A stretch of DNA of 60,985 bases, the filler included, from Xylographa opegraphella (taxonomy: Eukaryota), in the NCBI GenBank assembly GCA_022813865.1. It is 5 parts of 5 records of this genome, joined end to end, with 100 filler letters (N's around TTAATTAATTAA, not from the genome) between each part and the next. Parts side by side here need not be neighbours in the genome. Positions count along the whole stretch, not along the records: positions 1 to 12,975 come from JALDZX010000164.1; 4 more parts are not named here. The stretch is one strand, 5' to 3'. This document shows, in pieces, positions 1-12,975 of the stretch. The stretch's first letter is position 1; the number at the start of each line of letters is the position of its first letter. Below the pieces are notes generated by a model. The model saw only the letters and a program-made list of their open reading frames with translations. It searched no databases and was not told where the DNA came from. A program made the position numbers and the translations under genes.

Positions 1-78
1 AGTCCTGTACTAAGCTAGTCCTAATTGGCTATAGTACAAGCCGACAACACAGGCTGCTAACCCCATGGATTTTCAACA
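1..78 (-). mobile_element. LTR family A, partial copy truncated at the window start
   Basis: Reverse complement reads TGTTGAAAATCCATGGGGTTAGCAGCCTGTGTTGTCGG..., nearly identical to the LTR start at 11384 and similar to 10767. Confidence 0.85.
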
Positions 79-972
79 ATATATAATATATAGTATCGCT
101 TGTCGAATTTTATTTATATACGAATTAATCAAAATAATTTTTTCAAATAATATAAATTTCATTCGCGATAAAGAAATTATTAAAATAAAGTATTTATTAT
201 CGTATTAAATTATCGATAAAAATATATATATATTAATTTCGCGTAATCAATTGCCGCGAGTGTCGTAAACTTTCAAATTATAAAAAAAATATTTATTTTT
301 TCTAAAACACGTAGTAAAAATCGCAAAAATATATATTTCTTTCTTTATATTAAAGAGATTACGTAATAAATAATCGCAGAATTTTTTTTAAAACGCGTAA
401 TAAAAATCGCTTAATATATATATATATATTTACCTTTACCGTTAAAATACGTAATATATAATCGTAATATTTATCGAGTATTAAATTATTTTATATAATT
501 AATTATTTTAATCTTTGCGCGAACCCGGGTTTATAATCAATTAAAATAAATAAATAAAATAAATAATTTATTAAATAATTTATTAAAATGCGTAAAAAAT
601 TACTATTTTCTTAATGAAAAAAGTTTTTTTAATTTACGATTATATTAATTTAAAAGCAGATTAACGTTTATATCGTTTTCAAGGAATATAAAAAATATTT
701 TATCAAATAATATTATTTTCAACAATTATTTATATATAATTTTCAACGGGTTTAAATACAAAGAATTTCGCGTTTTAAAGCTTTTAAATCGGTATCGTTT
801 GGGAAATAATATTATTAAAATAAAAAATATGAAATATAACGAGAGAATTACAATTGTGCGTTAAAATTAATCGAGAAATTCGTTATTTTATTCAATTAAA
901 TTAAAAACAGCAAAATAACGATAATTTTTCAATATTACGCAAAGTTGAGCTTAAACGTATTTGCTCTTACTG
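79..972. mobile_element. RIP-degraded AT-rich repeat relic
   Basis: Very AT-rich, surviving C/G mostly in CpG, no ORFs, sharp boundary with GC-balanced DNA near 970. Confidence 0.7.
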
Positions 973-2035
973 TGGTAATATGAGGTAAGTTAGCGCGGCG
1001 CACTTGTGGGTCGACCCGCACTACCTTACCTATCTAAGCAAGGTGCCTTGTCCCAAAGTTCCCGCGCATGAAATGCTTGGGAGCCTGCAGTGCAACCCTA
1101 CCTACCTACCTACCGTACTTTACCTAACTCCGTATCTAACTCCGTACCTTACCTTCCCTTGCCTTACCCAGCGGGCCCTGGAGCGAACTCTGCGATTTTC
1201 CATAGTTGAGTAATGTTAGCGGCGACAACTACCAACATCCACTCCTTCCAAGGGGGATCCATTCATCTGGATTCCCGCCCGTGTTGCTGGCGTACGCGGC
1301 GTCTCCAATAGCTGAAACAGAGGTTTCAGGCCGAGCCGCCCGCTCAAGCAAGAAGTCGAAACGACCGAGACAATTCGACCGCCAACAAATGCCCCAACGC
1401 GTGTACACGCGTCAACTCATGGGGTGTCGTGCCATCCGCCCAGACACGGAAGTTTTCAGTTGCGAGATCCAGGACATCGGCTTGCTCCCGCCAAGCGGCC
1501 CGATCGAGCCGGTAGAATCACCATTCCAGCAGCGATAGCCCGTCAAGTGGCGAACTGCTGAAAATGCTGAGCTGCGCATGTACATCCCAGAAGACCTTTT
1601 GACAATCGCCGTATGTTCGCGGGTGTTGGCGGAAAGTTGTGCCTGCATTTTCCAGCAGCCTCCGAGGATTGAACCTCAGCAAAGTTTGATGACGGCTTTT
1701 GTGCCGTTCAGCTAGACGAATGGATTACTTTCCCACAGCGAACGGATCCATTGCCTTGGAGATCTAAGCTCGCTGGCAGAAAACTGGTGAAATGGTAGAG
1801 AACCGCGGACACTCGCTAGAGGACATGAGTGGCAGTACATAGACTCTCGTATTCGGCAGGACATATATCGTGGATCTTGCATGTCATTCTAGAGCTGGGC
1901 ATATGGAAAAGATGAGATGCTGACGAGTATAGGGATGTAGGACGAGCTGAAAAAACTAAGACGCATGATATATCTCACGAACAGAACACAATAGGAAGAC
2001 ATAAATGCCGAACAAGTGATCGTGATGGTAGTGGC

Positions 2036-2749
2036 TTATAGCTTCGATTTGGCCTCACGGAGAAAGTCCCTGATCTCAGGTACAGCTATGCTTAAACTGC
2101 TCTGACCCCCGGCATCAAACCCAATCTCCTGGCAATCATCGTCTGCCACCCCGTTCATATATTGTGTAACCACAAAAGATATGTCACGCTTCCCGATCAC
2201 GATCATCGGTGCATGCCATGTTCCAGCACCGTATGTAATAGCTTGAAAACCACGACCTAGGAAGGCTCTGATGTTTGCAGTATCGGGAGTGCCGACTTCT
2301 GACTTCGAAGAAGGTACCGTCGGCGCAACAACAACAAGGTAGGCTGTAGTGATATCATCGGGGTCCAGACCCATGGGAGTGAATGTCTGAGTGGTGTAAG
2401 GATGGCGTTCCATTATCGTTAGTTCGAAGAGACCCCGAGCTTGTTCTGGTTGTCCAGCAGGTGGGCGGAGCTGTCTCGGTGAACATACGAAGAGAGTCGT
2501 CACCGCTTTAGCTTCTTGGTGGCTAGATGAAGCCTTATAGAGGTTGATCATGGGAGAGATTCCAGAGTACTTTCTTGCCGTGCCTTGGTTCGCCGAAACA
2601 CCCGTTGACCAGGGAGTATTGTGGGCATGTCCGGATTTGGGAAGAGATAAGACTGGGTTCTCGATTACACTTCCAAAGACGCTGAACGATGATCGAGTGA
2701 GTGGCTCGACATCGATGTGAGCAGCCTTTACACCCTTCTTACCGGGCAT
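2036..2749 (-). CDS. DAL3: Ureidoglycolate lyase (DAL3/AllA family) with C-terminal PTS1 (SKL)
   Basis: Motifs PLTRSSFSVFGSVIENP, ANQGTA, ERHPYTTQTF and YGAGTWHAPM; first in-frame ATG at 2749; protein ends ...KSKL; no intron needed. Confidence 0.9.
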   Translation of the reverse strand: MPGKKGVKAAHIDVEPLTRSSFSVFGSVIENPVLSLPKSGHAHNTPWSTGVSANQGTARKYSGISPMINLYKASSSHQEAKAVTTLFVCSPRQLRPPAGQPEQARGLFELTIMERHPYTTQTFTPMGLDPDDITTAYLVVVAPTVPSSKSEVGTPDTANIRAFLGRGFQAITYGAGTWHAPMIVIGKRDISFVVTQYMNGVADDDCQEIGFDAGGQSSLSIAVPEIRDFLREAKSKL

Positions 2750-3271
2750 AGAGGCTTTGTAGTCCGAATTTTGCAAAGGATCTGCTCTACAGGTATCCAG
2801 GAGGAAGGGACGGATGTAGATACGTCCGGCGCTTCATCCCACCGAGCCGGCCACTAGCCTATTGACCTCGTCCTACAAGCCTACATCAATGGAATTTGCC
2901 AACTACGAATAATTTTACTTGACCTCCGACTTCTAAATCTGAATGACAGGTCTTTCTTTGGGACACGTTCACTTTCATGGAGGAATCAAGTAGACGAGTA
3001 GACACTGGTACCTCTTGTCCAGCTGGTGTAAACCAAAAGGTTCTCACGCTTTCGAAATTCTTGGTATCCGCCGGAAAACAGTCGCAAATATGAATGCATT
3101 AGTACAAGAGTGTATCACGATCGATATCTTCAGTTTGAGCGGGTTAACAACCATGGCAGGTCGCCTTCTCCGACGCATCGGCCTGAACAGAAAGGTCCAA
3201 TAACATGCCGCAGATGTGCATCTTGTTCGAGTAGGACCCCCAGCAGAGCTTGTGTCCTCTGTTTGTAGTCT

Positions 3272-4665
3272 TTACACACGAAGGCGCATCTTTTTGTCGA
3301 TGTGAAGCTCTGCCTCAAGATCCTCCAGTGCTTTCTCTTCCGGAGCCTCTGTTCTAGTAAGTGTGGGTGTGACCTGTACTTCACCTTCTTCTGCATCCCT
3401 CATTCGATCTGCGTTGTGAAGTTGCTCCGTTTCCCATTTTAGGGTCAATTGTTCCAAGAGCTTTGGCTGTAGGCGGAGAATGATAATCTTCTTGGGCCGC
3501 TGTTTCAAAATGAGCATGTAAATCCCTTTGTCTTTTGATGCTTTCACTGCAGATGCTGATGCCTTCACATCCCGGATTGCTCTGCCTAGGCTCTTGTGCT
3601 TCCGTTGCTTTTTGTCTTTCGTACCTCGAAAAGTATCCATGAGAGCGTTCTCCAGACGTTGTGTGACTCCCATCTCCAAGTCTTGCAAGTGATATCGGTA
3701 AATTTCATTTTCTCTTTCAACTCGCATGAGATAGTCTTTGTCGACAAGGACCCGTTTAGCATCCGACGGCAGTTCAAGCGCCACACCTGGTGGGATGCCT
3801 GTTGAACTATAGACCATGTCTGCGTGTCCTAACATTTGATATTGTAAGTACACGCTAGACAAAATCGCTTGGCTAACTCACCACTCGGATCAATCTGCAG
3901 TCCACGTGACATGTGAGGGTGATTGACAGTCCGAGTGCTAGCTGGCACGGCGAACGGCTTCAATTCACCAATCTCCACGCTCGGAGAAAAACTATTCAGC
4001 ATGTTGACTATGCCATTGCAGTCAGTACAAGCCGCACATCAATAGCTTTGTAACATACCCTCGGCTTCCGTTGGCTGCTCGCGAAGAGTTTCTTCAAATT
4101 TTTGCAGCATTCGCAATGAGACTACAACAACGCCAAGCTGTGTCAACATAGGATGTCCTTTAGATCTTATTTTCCTATGGTTGATGATATCCAACCCGTG
4201 CGACATATTGAGGTCTTTCTGACGATCGATTGGACCATTACGTTCGGCAATAAGCCTGAGCTCTTCGAACGCAGCCTTGTACGCTTCCAGGTACTTCGAC
4301 AGGGGACGACGACATGCGACTTGTTGCGCACTTGGGCCTTGGCCGTCCTGGATATTGGGACCTTGATTCTGCTGGACGGTCGCAGCTTGGAGCTCGCTTT
4401 CTAAATCTTTATGTTCCGGAATATCTGGATCATCGTTCACTTGACAGTTCGGAGCCTGGTCCTGCTGGGAAATTGGATCTTCCAGAAGCTGATCCTTTAG
4501 ACTCTCATTTTCATCGACATAGGGATTTTCGATCTCCTCGAAATCAGAGTCTTCGATCTGGATTGTAGTTGGACCACCAGCTCCCACATCCGATGTTGCC
4601 ACAGCAATCCCGCTGGGAGCCATGGAGCTAGATGCCAGACTTGATCGTAGCTCACTCGACGGCAT
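3272..4665 (-). CDS. Hypothetical protein (acidic, coiled-coil), probably three exons
   Basis: ORFs 4039-4869 and 3272-3862 are linked by plausible introns at about 4008-4068 (GTATG..CTGAC..TAG) and about 3808-3881 (GTGAGT..TAG). Start uncertain (ATG 4665 or 4869). Confidence 0.55.
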
Positions 4666-5840
4666 GATTACTTCGACCACACCATGGCACCTAGCAAAAC
4701 TGTGTGGGTTGTTAAGATGAGGGCGCGACCAGAGCAAAGCTCGAGAACGTTGAAGTAAGCCAATTTCGAGAGACACATGCAACGTCAGAGTATCAACACA
4801 CTGACCAACGGCATTACATGAACTGAGCGCGTCTGCATATGACCGCAGAGGAGACATAAGGGCGGTCATTTTGACCGTGTTAGTCTGAGCGCTGAATCAG
4901 CGCCGCGACACTAATGAAAAGGGGCTGTGAAGCAGGGTCGCCTCTTGGAAGCTAAAGGTCAAGGTGAGAGCTACTGCATGTCAAAGTCGAGGCTGAGGAA
5001 CGATGGTTGATGTAGGATAGGTAAAGGTCCTGCAACTGTCCGGCATGAGTATATGGAGACCGCCTCTATGGTCACTGGGAAAAGCAACTAGCTTTTATTC
5101 ATATGAGTTCTGCAAGATCGTTGGGCTCCTCACTATTTTAGAAAACCTGGTGCGAAGTATCAGGGGCGATGGCTCACATAAAACTGGCAATCTCAATATA
5201 AAGAACTACGTCTGGACCAATTCCATGTTGCCCGAACACGGGGAGTCATCTATTTGAACACGATCAGGTTTGCATGCGAGTGGCTAGAACCATGTCGGAA
5301 TACGTGACGAATCTCTACGAGGGAATGCAGCTCTCTACTTGAGCGTTGACGGAGTTGCCTCTATGACGAGAGTGAAAGAACCGTTCTGCATGCCCGCACT
5401 TGGCTGTTCATATTTGAACGAAACCGATCCGATTCTCTAGACTTTCTCCATCTCGTTCTGTGCTAAGTCATGATCTATATACACACAAGACTACGCAGCT
5501 CGCTACAACAGGTTAGCACATCGTTACATGCCTTGTTAGAAAGATGCTCAAATCTGGAAATGGATCACGCCTTCAATTCCAGTGTTTAATAGGTCACAAC
5601 CGAACCAGAAGATGCATGTGCTAATTTGAGAAAGACAGGAGCAAGTAGTAGTGGTTTCCAAGCTACTGGCTGCTGGGTGTCTCCATAGACTTAAGAACCC
5701 CCATCATTCCAGGAGTATTTCGTATAACCTTGAGCCAAACAAGTCCACCTATTGGAAGTCTAAATACCTATGTGATTTGTGTACATAGGCAGTGCTCTCG
5801 TCGGACTGTCTCATGATTGTATCCTGCATATGATATCGAG

Positions 5841-7471
5841 CTACTTTGGTTCAGCCTTATTCTGTCCTGCCAACCTTGCAGCTGCGGCTGCGAATGAGTC
5901 CTTTTTTGTACTCGAGATAACACGACTAGAGTTCTTTGCTGTTCCGCTATTCGAGCTACTGGCCCTTGGCGGCCCAGTCGCGACGCTGTATGACCCGTTA
6001 TTGATTGCTGTGAGAACACTTCGGTTCGAGTCCTCCCGTCGAGGCTGCGAACTTCCTTTATATGCGGAACCTACTGGAACGCCCGATCCCTCATCAAGAC
6101 CCGAATACTCTCGCTCTCGACCATTGTCTTTGGTATTGGAACCTATCCCAGCGCCAGTTTTTCCTGGTTGTCTTTCTAAGCTAACCACCGAAAGATTGTT
6201 AGAGCGTGAACCTGCAATATGAGACGCGTCTACATCATCTCCTGGAAGGAAGGAGAAACGTGAGCGTTGATCCTTGTGTTGGTTTTCGAAATGCACAGCA
6301 ACAATCTCGTCTGATTTGTATGTCGTGGGATGCTTCATTCTCGTATCTGTAGCTGGAAGAGTCACCGATGTGGTCTGCGCCGATGAAGGTTTGCCCTCCC
6401 CAAAGCACATTATCTGTAACGGGCCGCTCTCTGGAGTACTGTATGCAGATATTATCTCGGCGATCTCAGGGTAGACGGCATCGAGATCAGATCCCGTACG
6501 ATGAGCAAGCCAACTAGCCAGATGAATAGCTATTTGCGTATTCTTTTTGCTAGCAAGGCTCTGTTCTTCCTCTTGCTCATCAGGTAGCAGGTCACCTACC
6601 GTGCTGGAGTTGTCACTCTCTGAGGTGCGATGAGAATTCCGAGTCTGCGCTCCGTGAGGCGAGCTTGGAGTACGTCCAGTACTTAAGGGACCGCGTGGAT
6701 GGCCGGCACCAAGCACACTCGTAGAGGGATGATGGTCTGTATCGTTGTTGATTTTTAACAGTCTTTGGCTGAGGCGGGCCATACCTCGTGACGGTGATCT
6801 CTGCCACCCGCGAGTCACGACTAAACTATGTCAGCTAAGTTACAGTACAAGCGGTAAAACAGACAAATACCATGCTCCTTCAGTTTACTGACTGTCCCGT
6901 TTTCCTCGCTGCCTCTCATCTCCTTGGGCCAGCGAGGATCTTCGACGCTAAGAACTGGCTCTAATGACCTTCGTCCTCTGACTTTATGTGAGCTCGTATC
7001 TGGATGTTTCTCTAGGTTTCCTTGCTCGTGTGGTATTTGTTTGTCAAGAGCCAGTTGCAGAGCCTTTCTTTCCGCCAGAAGATTCTGGTAACCTTCGACA
7101 AGATGCAAGATAAAGCTGTTGTATGGGGCAGGCAAATCCTTCGATGGAAACTTTAACACCCTGCCTCTTAGGGTGTTACACATCGCTTCGAGATCTGGAT
7201 CATGTACGCTATCTCTATCCTTTGGTGGAGCCCAGTTGAAAGCCGGATCTTCAAGCTTTTCGGTCAATGCCGGTGTCCGATGGGTAGAGAGATATGAAGC
7301 GAAGCGGCTTTTAGGGTGAGGCCGCGATTCAGCTTCCGAGCGAGCCTGAAATGAAGTGGTAGATGTGACTGAAGCAGTCTCGATCTTTTCGGTCTCCGCT
7401 ACCAGATTGTTCAGATCTGTGCGAGAGCGTCGGTGCTGTACTAGACGACGCCATTGCTGTATTTCTGCCAT
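5841..7471 (-). CDS. Hypothetical Ser-rich protein, two exons
   Basis: ORFs 6821-7471 and 5841-6818 are joined by intron 6821-6870 (GTATTT..GCTGAC..TTTAG). A possible upstream acceptor near 7504 makes the start uncertain. Confidence 0.65.
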
Positions 7472-8236
7472 TCTCCAGCCAAGTACGATTGAAATGCTTC
7501 TAACTAAAAGACATGTACATTAGTCAACATAAACATAGGGCATTGATGTTCGGCGACGCGTCTTCATATTGTGTTCAGATCATTCAGGTTGAATCACAAT
7601 GAACGTGGAGGGCGTGGAGAGAGTCAAAATGAAAGCGCCAACTGAAGCCCTAGCTAAGCGAGCAATCGGCCCTCAAGGAACCCCGACATCCTCAGGCCCC
7701 ACTGCCGTCAAACGATCCCAAGTATGTTCCGTGGTCAATACTACGACAAGCAGGCTTCTCGGGCTACCAATCCCTTTGATGGCCACTGGGGAGCCTCTTC
7801 ACCACAAAATCATCCAAGGTAGTGCCCCATGCCTCATGAACGCCGACCCCAAGTTTTCACTCGCGATCTTCGTTCAAAAGGCCGACAACTTTCCCCAACC
7901 TGTTTTGGTTGGTTCCAAAGTGTTGGCAGATTTATTGTTAATAAAATTCTCGACAAACAACGGAATTGTTCTCGGTTATATCAGTATTCGCGAGCGGCTC
8001 TTGATCGACAGCGGTTATCAGGAGCATAACAGTGAGCTGGATAATAGAGTCGCACATGCCAAGAAAGTATGCCCTAACGTGGCCAGTGATTTCTCAATTG
8101 ACAACTCGAATGTATCTTAAACTGTCTCCAAGACGTTCCAGGATGCTGCACTTGCATGGGCAAACTTTGAGAAGCGTGAAGATTGGTAACAGAGAGAAGG
8201 GTCTAATGGTGAGAGGCGCAAGATCCTATCTCATCC

Positions 8237-9208
8237 TTACAGATAAAGGGGATCCACCTCTACCAGATCAGATGGATTGCCAGCACTGTGTGGAGGGATG
8301 AGATGTCCAATGTGCCATTGCTCGGTGTTCATATGCCTCACTAGATCACTGTCAATGTTGTGGCAACCGCGTAGCGAGAGCGACTGCACCTTGTGTCAGT
8401 ATACAAAATAAATTATCGCTTTCCACGTACGCACTGTCAAGCTTGACAGCCCTTTGAAATGCTTGAGAACACGTTCATCCACCCATTCCACCGTGTTTTC
8501 AGTAAAGTGCAGCAACCTGAGGGATTTCCCCAAATCACTGTGTTCAAGATTCTGCAAGAACTCCTCCGTCAACCCAAGGCACTTCTGCAGCCTCAGTCGG
8601 ATAATATGAGGGTGTTCTTCCAGAATACGGTGGAGCTGATAGTCTGTGATGCCACTTCGCTCTAGGTTGAGGCTTTCGAGTCAACCAAAGACCTTGGGTT
8701 CTGTCCGCCTTGCGTAGAGAGTATTCCATACCGTTGAGCCTGGTGCATCCTTCCAGAATGACCGATCGACATCCGCGTATCTTGTATGGGGATGATCAAG
8801 TCTGATGGATAGACTCTGAAGATTACGTGCTTTCGCAATCGACTCTGCTGCGGAGCGGAGGTCCCAAAGAGTGACCTCTAAATCCTGGAGCGTGTGCTGA
8901 TATTTACTAACTATATCGAAGATGACTTTGTTCTGGTTGCGGATGTCCAGTTTTCTCCTCCTCCCGTCCTTCTGGGGTAAGACGATCCGAACAGTGTTAG
9001 TCCTACTCTGATCATCGTGGGCATCCAGCAGAGTGATCATAGCATTGAATCGGCTTGGAAACACTCCCAATCGCCATTTTGCGAGAGAAATGGACTGGAC
9101 GGCATGGTGAAACCTGGACGTACCACCAAAGGACAACAGAGCGGATACGGGTAGATACTGGAGGATCTCACGGATTATTTCTGGAGGTAGTAAGGACATG
9201 GAAGACAT
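8237..9208 (-). pseudogene. F-box/LRR-like gene with a single in-frame TGA (8681-8683); pseudogene, readthrough gene or base error
   Basis: N-terminal F-box LLPPEIIREILQYLP. The frame continues past TGA as LESLNLERSGITDYQLHRILEEHPHIIRLRLQKCLGLT..., then intron 8384-8434 (GTGCGT..CTGAC..CAG), then SLSLRGCHNID...VEVDPLYL* (TAA 8237-8239). Confidence 0.8.
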
Positions 9209-10766
9209 ATTGGGGGATGTATCAGCAGCCTAAGACCTCAGAGCAGCGCGGCCTTTCAATTTGTCATTGCGCAAGCTCAAAGGACATCTAATAATAGCGA
9301 AAAAGCCGAGCTGTTGAGCTCTGGGGGATGGCACACACTTAGTGAATTAAATGATAAGAAAATTACAAGAAGACTCAGGCATGCCGTTACCTAGATTTAA
9401 CAGCTATGGACAGAGGACGGTCGGCGAGGGGAGCTGGGATAAATCACAGAGATGTGGGCACGCCTTGCTTAAACAGCCGGTGACCGATTCGGTCCGCATG
9501 AACATGCAAAAACTGCTTCTCAGATGGTATCCATGACAAAACCCAGTCGGGTCTGAAGCCAACCAACGACACATCCCTCCTACCACAGCCGCCAGGCAGA
9601 TGTAGATCAGCTTTTGACAGGACAGCAGCCCAGAGGGCAGATGATTCGGGCAACGGTAGTGCAACACTAGAAAAGCTTCACTGCTTGCCAACTGTAGGTC
9701 ACTGACCACAAAAGTCATGAATATTAGAGAGGGAAAAGTGAACGAGAATCCAGAGGCACCAGCGCTATTACGCGCGCAGTCTGCGAGCGAATTGCGCCCT
9801 AAGCAAAATCTGCAGGTTTAGCAGCCAAAATATTAATAATGGGCCTTGCGGAAGGCCCTCGCTAAGGGCCCCCCTAGAGAAGAGAGGACTCACGGCCAGG
9901 TGCGTTAGGCTGTCATGGGGCAGACTGAGGCTCTCCTAACAGGCTGCTGGACCTAGCCCCTTTGAGCCTAGTAGCCGTACATTCTGTAAATACTTAGTAT
10001 AGCTTCGCGACTCGAGGACTTGCTTCCTCGTATCTCGTTTTGTACACCAATTCTAGTCCTTGATCTTGATCCTGAACCTCGAGCCCTAACACTACGAGAC
10101 ACCTCTCTTATTACGCTCGCATGCAAATACGTTCCTACGCCCAGTTATAACAATCCCAGTCGTTTTCGCCCTGGCGGACTTTAAGGCCACTAACTTCCCG
10201 AATACCCTCGAGCAGTAAAGCGCGATTGCGGCTTCGCCTGATTATTTTAATCAGATTCGAGATTTTTGTCGAAACACTGCGATAGCGAAAGATCAGTATA
10301 TTACGCTAAATAAACAAATTGCTCGTTTTAAACACCGCGTAATTTCGTTAAAAAACGAAATAACCGCAATATAAGAATAATTATTATAATTTACACGAAA
10401 GATCGAGTCCTTGCGGAATTAAATAACGTTAATCAATTCTGTCGTGTTTATTTCGGCCAAAACTGTATTATCAAAAAACTTTTAAACTTTTTTATATTTT
10501 CAGGCAAACGCGAAAAATTTAAAAAATAATTTATTATTATAAAAATAAAATTTAAGGCTAATCAGAATCGTTATTTTACGAAATAAGTTTAGTTAATTTG
10601 CGTTATTAAACGTTTAAAAAAAGTATAAATATAAATATTTCCCTTTGTTAACGATAATAATATTATTAATTCGACGATTTTACAAACTTATTTACGTAGC
10701 TACAACTAACGTTTAAAAACTTTAACGTTTAAGAAACGGCCCAGATCAAGCTTAAAATTTACTTTT

Positions 10767-10954
10767 TGTTGAAAATCAGGGCGTTAGCAGTCTGTGTTGT
10801 TGGTCCTTTACTATAGCCGATTAGGCCTAGCTTAGTGCAGAACTAGAAGAGTCTTCTGGAGCCCCCTCTCCAGAAGAACTCTTCACCTTCTTAGTGATTA
10901 AGCAATGCACTGTTACCTGCTGCCATTACCTGTGCCTAGTGATTAGTTTCAATA
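10767..10954 (+). mobile_element. Solo LTR, family A (188 bp), 5-bp TSD CTTTT
   Basis: TGTTGAAA...TTTCAATA (CA to TA change); CTTTT at 10762-10766 and 10955-10959. Confidence 0.9.
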
Positions 10955-11383
10955 CTTTTAACTTTTTTTTCCTTTTTTAAAATATTACGCCGAGTTTAAT
11001 CGCTTTATTTCTATTGTAAAAATAAAAAATAAAGCAAAACGATGAATACTGTTGGAAAAAATAAGTAAAAAATTACGAAACTATTTTCGAATAAATATAA
11101 AAATCTTGTTCTGCAGCTACAAAAGGCGAATTTATTAAACAAAATATAAACTTCGATTAAAATTATTTTTTCGGTAATAAATATTACGAAGCTCTCTTGG
11201 GTTTACGAGATTAATACTACAATACTTTTTTATTGCGAATACAGTTTCTGCGGCCCCAGCGTTTACTTTAAGCATTTTTAGCGTTATTACTCTTTTGATC
11301 CCTTAAGTAAATAACCCTATAAACTTTAATCGACAGAAATTTCGTTTAACGACAAAAAAAAGTCTCGACGAATTCAAGAGAAC

Positions 11384-11573
11384 TGTTGAAAATCCAGGGG
11401 GTTAGCAGCCTGTGTTGTCGGCTTGTACTATAGCCAATTAGGACTAGCTTANNNNNNNNNNNNNNNNNNNNNNNNNNNNNNNNNNNNNNNNNNNNNNNNN
11501 NNNNNNNNNAGTGATTAAGCAATGCACTGCTATCTGCTGCCAAAACCCCTGTGCCTAGTGATTAAATTCAACA
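11384..11573 (+). mobile_element. Solo LTR, family A (internal N gap), 5-bp TSD AGAAC
   Basis: TGTTGAAA...TTCAACA; AGAAC at 11379-11383 and 11574-11578. Confidence 0.9.
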
Positions 11574-12913
11574 AGAACCTTTATTTCTATTATAAGGGCC
11601 AGGGACATCAGAGTCAAGAATGCCCTTAGAAAAATCAAGAATTACGTATTCGAGAATTAATACTCTCTCACGACTCTGTATTTAATTTTAAAACTCGATT
11701 AATCGCTTCCGTCTCGACCTCCTTTATTACCCCTGCTATATTTATTTCGAAAAACTCGGGATTTTTATTCAACGTCGCGAATAAAAATCTGTTAAAAATT
11801 TAATTATTTCGCTTTACGCCCTGACGGCCGCTTCGATAAAAAATTTAATCAAAGAAAAATGCCTTGCGATTTTCTGTACGTTGTAAAGTAAATCAAGGAT
11901 ATTTATATCGTAATTATTAATAAACTATGAAGCGTCAGAATTCGCGTTTATTAATATTATTTATACTCAGAATCATGCCTTGTTTTTATACCTTTTATTT
12001 TTTTTAAATCCTTGAAATCGTTTGATAGCAATATTTTAATAGTCGATTAAATAATTTATTATATCAAATTACGCCTGCGAATAGACGTTTATTTAAAAAA
12101 ACTTTATTTATTTATAACGAAATTGATTTACTACTCGATTATTCTTGAAATGCCATAATTACAAAAATATAATCTTTAAATTGACTGAAAAACCTTGTTA
12201 ATAATGTTTTTATTAATTTATTATTATAAATTTTATTTTGTTCGACCTGTCGTGTTTTCGAATTTTAACCCGGCTTTAATTAAAATAAAAACGCCTTTCG
12301 TATCATTCAAGCCTGTCGTATTGCTTTAAAATTTTAGGAAATTTAATAATACGCGTATAAAAACGGCCTTGTTTTACTTATTAACCAAAAACCCCGTAAA
12401 CGAAATCTTTACGATTTTGCTTTACAATTTAAATCGCAGTCTCGTGGTTGCTTTTAATAAAATATAAAAAAAGGAAATCGATTTTACTCTTTTACCACTT
12501 AAGCAATATTATAAGTTTTTGAATATATTCTCAAGAAAAAAAATCAACACCTTGTTTTTATATAAACCCTACGATTATAAAGTTGAACTCTTGCTTAAAA
12601 TTACGCCACTATTCGATTCTTTATATAAAATGAGTCGAAACGAACAGGAAGAACTAAATAAATATTTAAACGAAAATTTAAAAAAGGGTTTATTAAAGTC
12701 AGTTATTCATATGCTGTATCGCCTGTTTTATTTGTCAAGAAATCAAGGGGAGAACTTCAATTCTGCGTGAATTACAGGGGATTAAATATTATTACGATTA
12801 AAAGACGTTATCCCTTATCGTTAATTAGTAAAACGCTGGCGCGGTTAAATAAAGCTATAGTATTTAACAAATTGAATATTATCGCTGCGTTTAATAAACT
12901 GCGAATAGCAAAG

Positions 12914-12975
12914 TGTTAAGGTTCTGGCCAATACTGTGTGGAACAAGGATCGGAGGAACTATAGTCCGGATGCCT
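12914..12975 (+). mobile_element. LTR family C, 5' part, inserted in the Gypsy RT; contig ends inside it
   Basis: TGTTAAGGTTCTGGCCAATACTGTGTGGAAC matches the LTR start at 45086 and the reverse complement of the LTR ending at 55102. Confidence 0.85.

Larger units (their letters stand above)
9831..12913 (+). mobile_element. RIP-degraded Ty3/Gypsy retrotransposon (5' LTR about 9831-10091, gag and start of RT)
   Basis: GC-rich LTR ending CCCTAACA at 10091; degenerate gag near 10500 (FSGKRE-like); RT N-terminus in ORF 12519-12770 (PYDYKVEL...[23 protein letters not shown]), then [30 protein letters not shown] start approximate. Confidence 0.85.

Noticed and set aside
1004..1890. Short ORFs (1004-1213, 1206-1538, 1412-1648) as genes or a pseudogene
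   Set aside because: No recognisable domain or consistent splice structure; partly CCTA-type low complexity.
7599..8120. 173-aa plus-strand ORF
   Set aside because: No motif recognised; it lies between two minus-strand genes. Unsupported without expression data.
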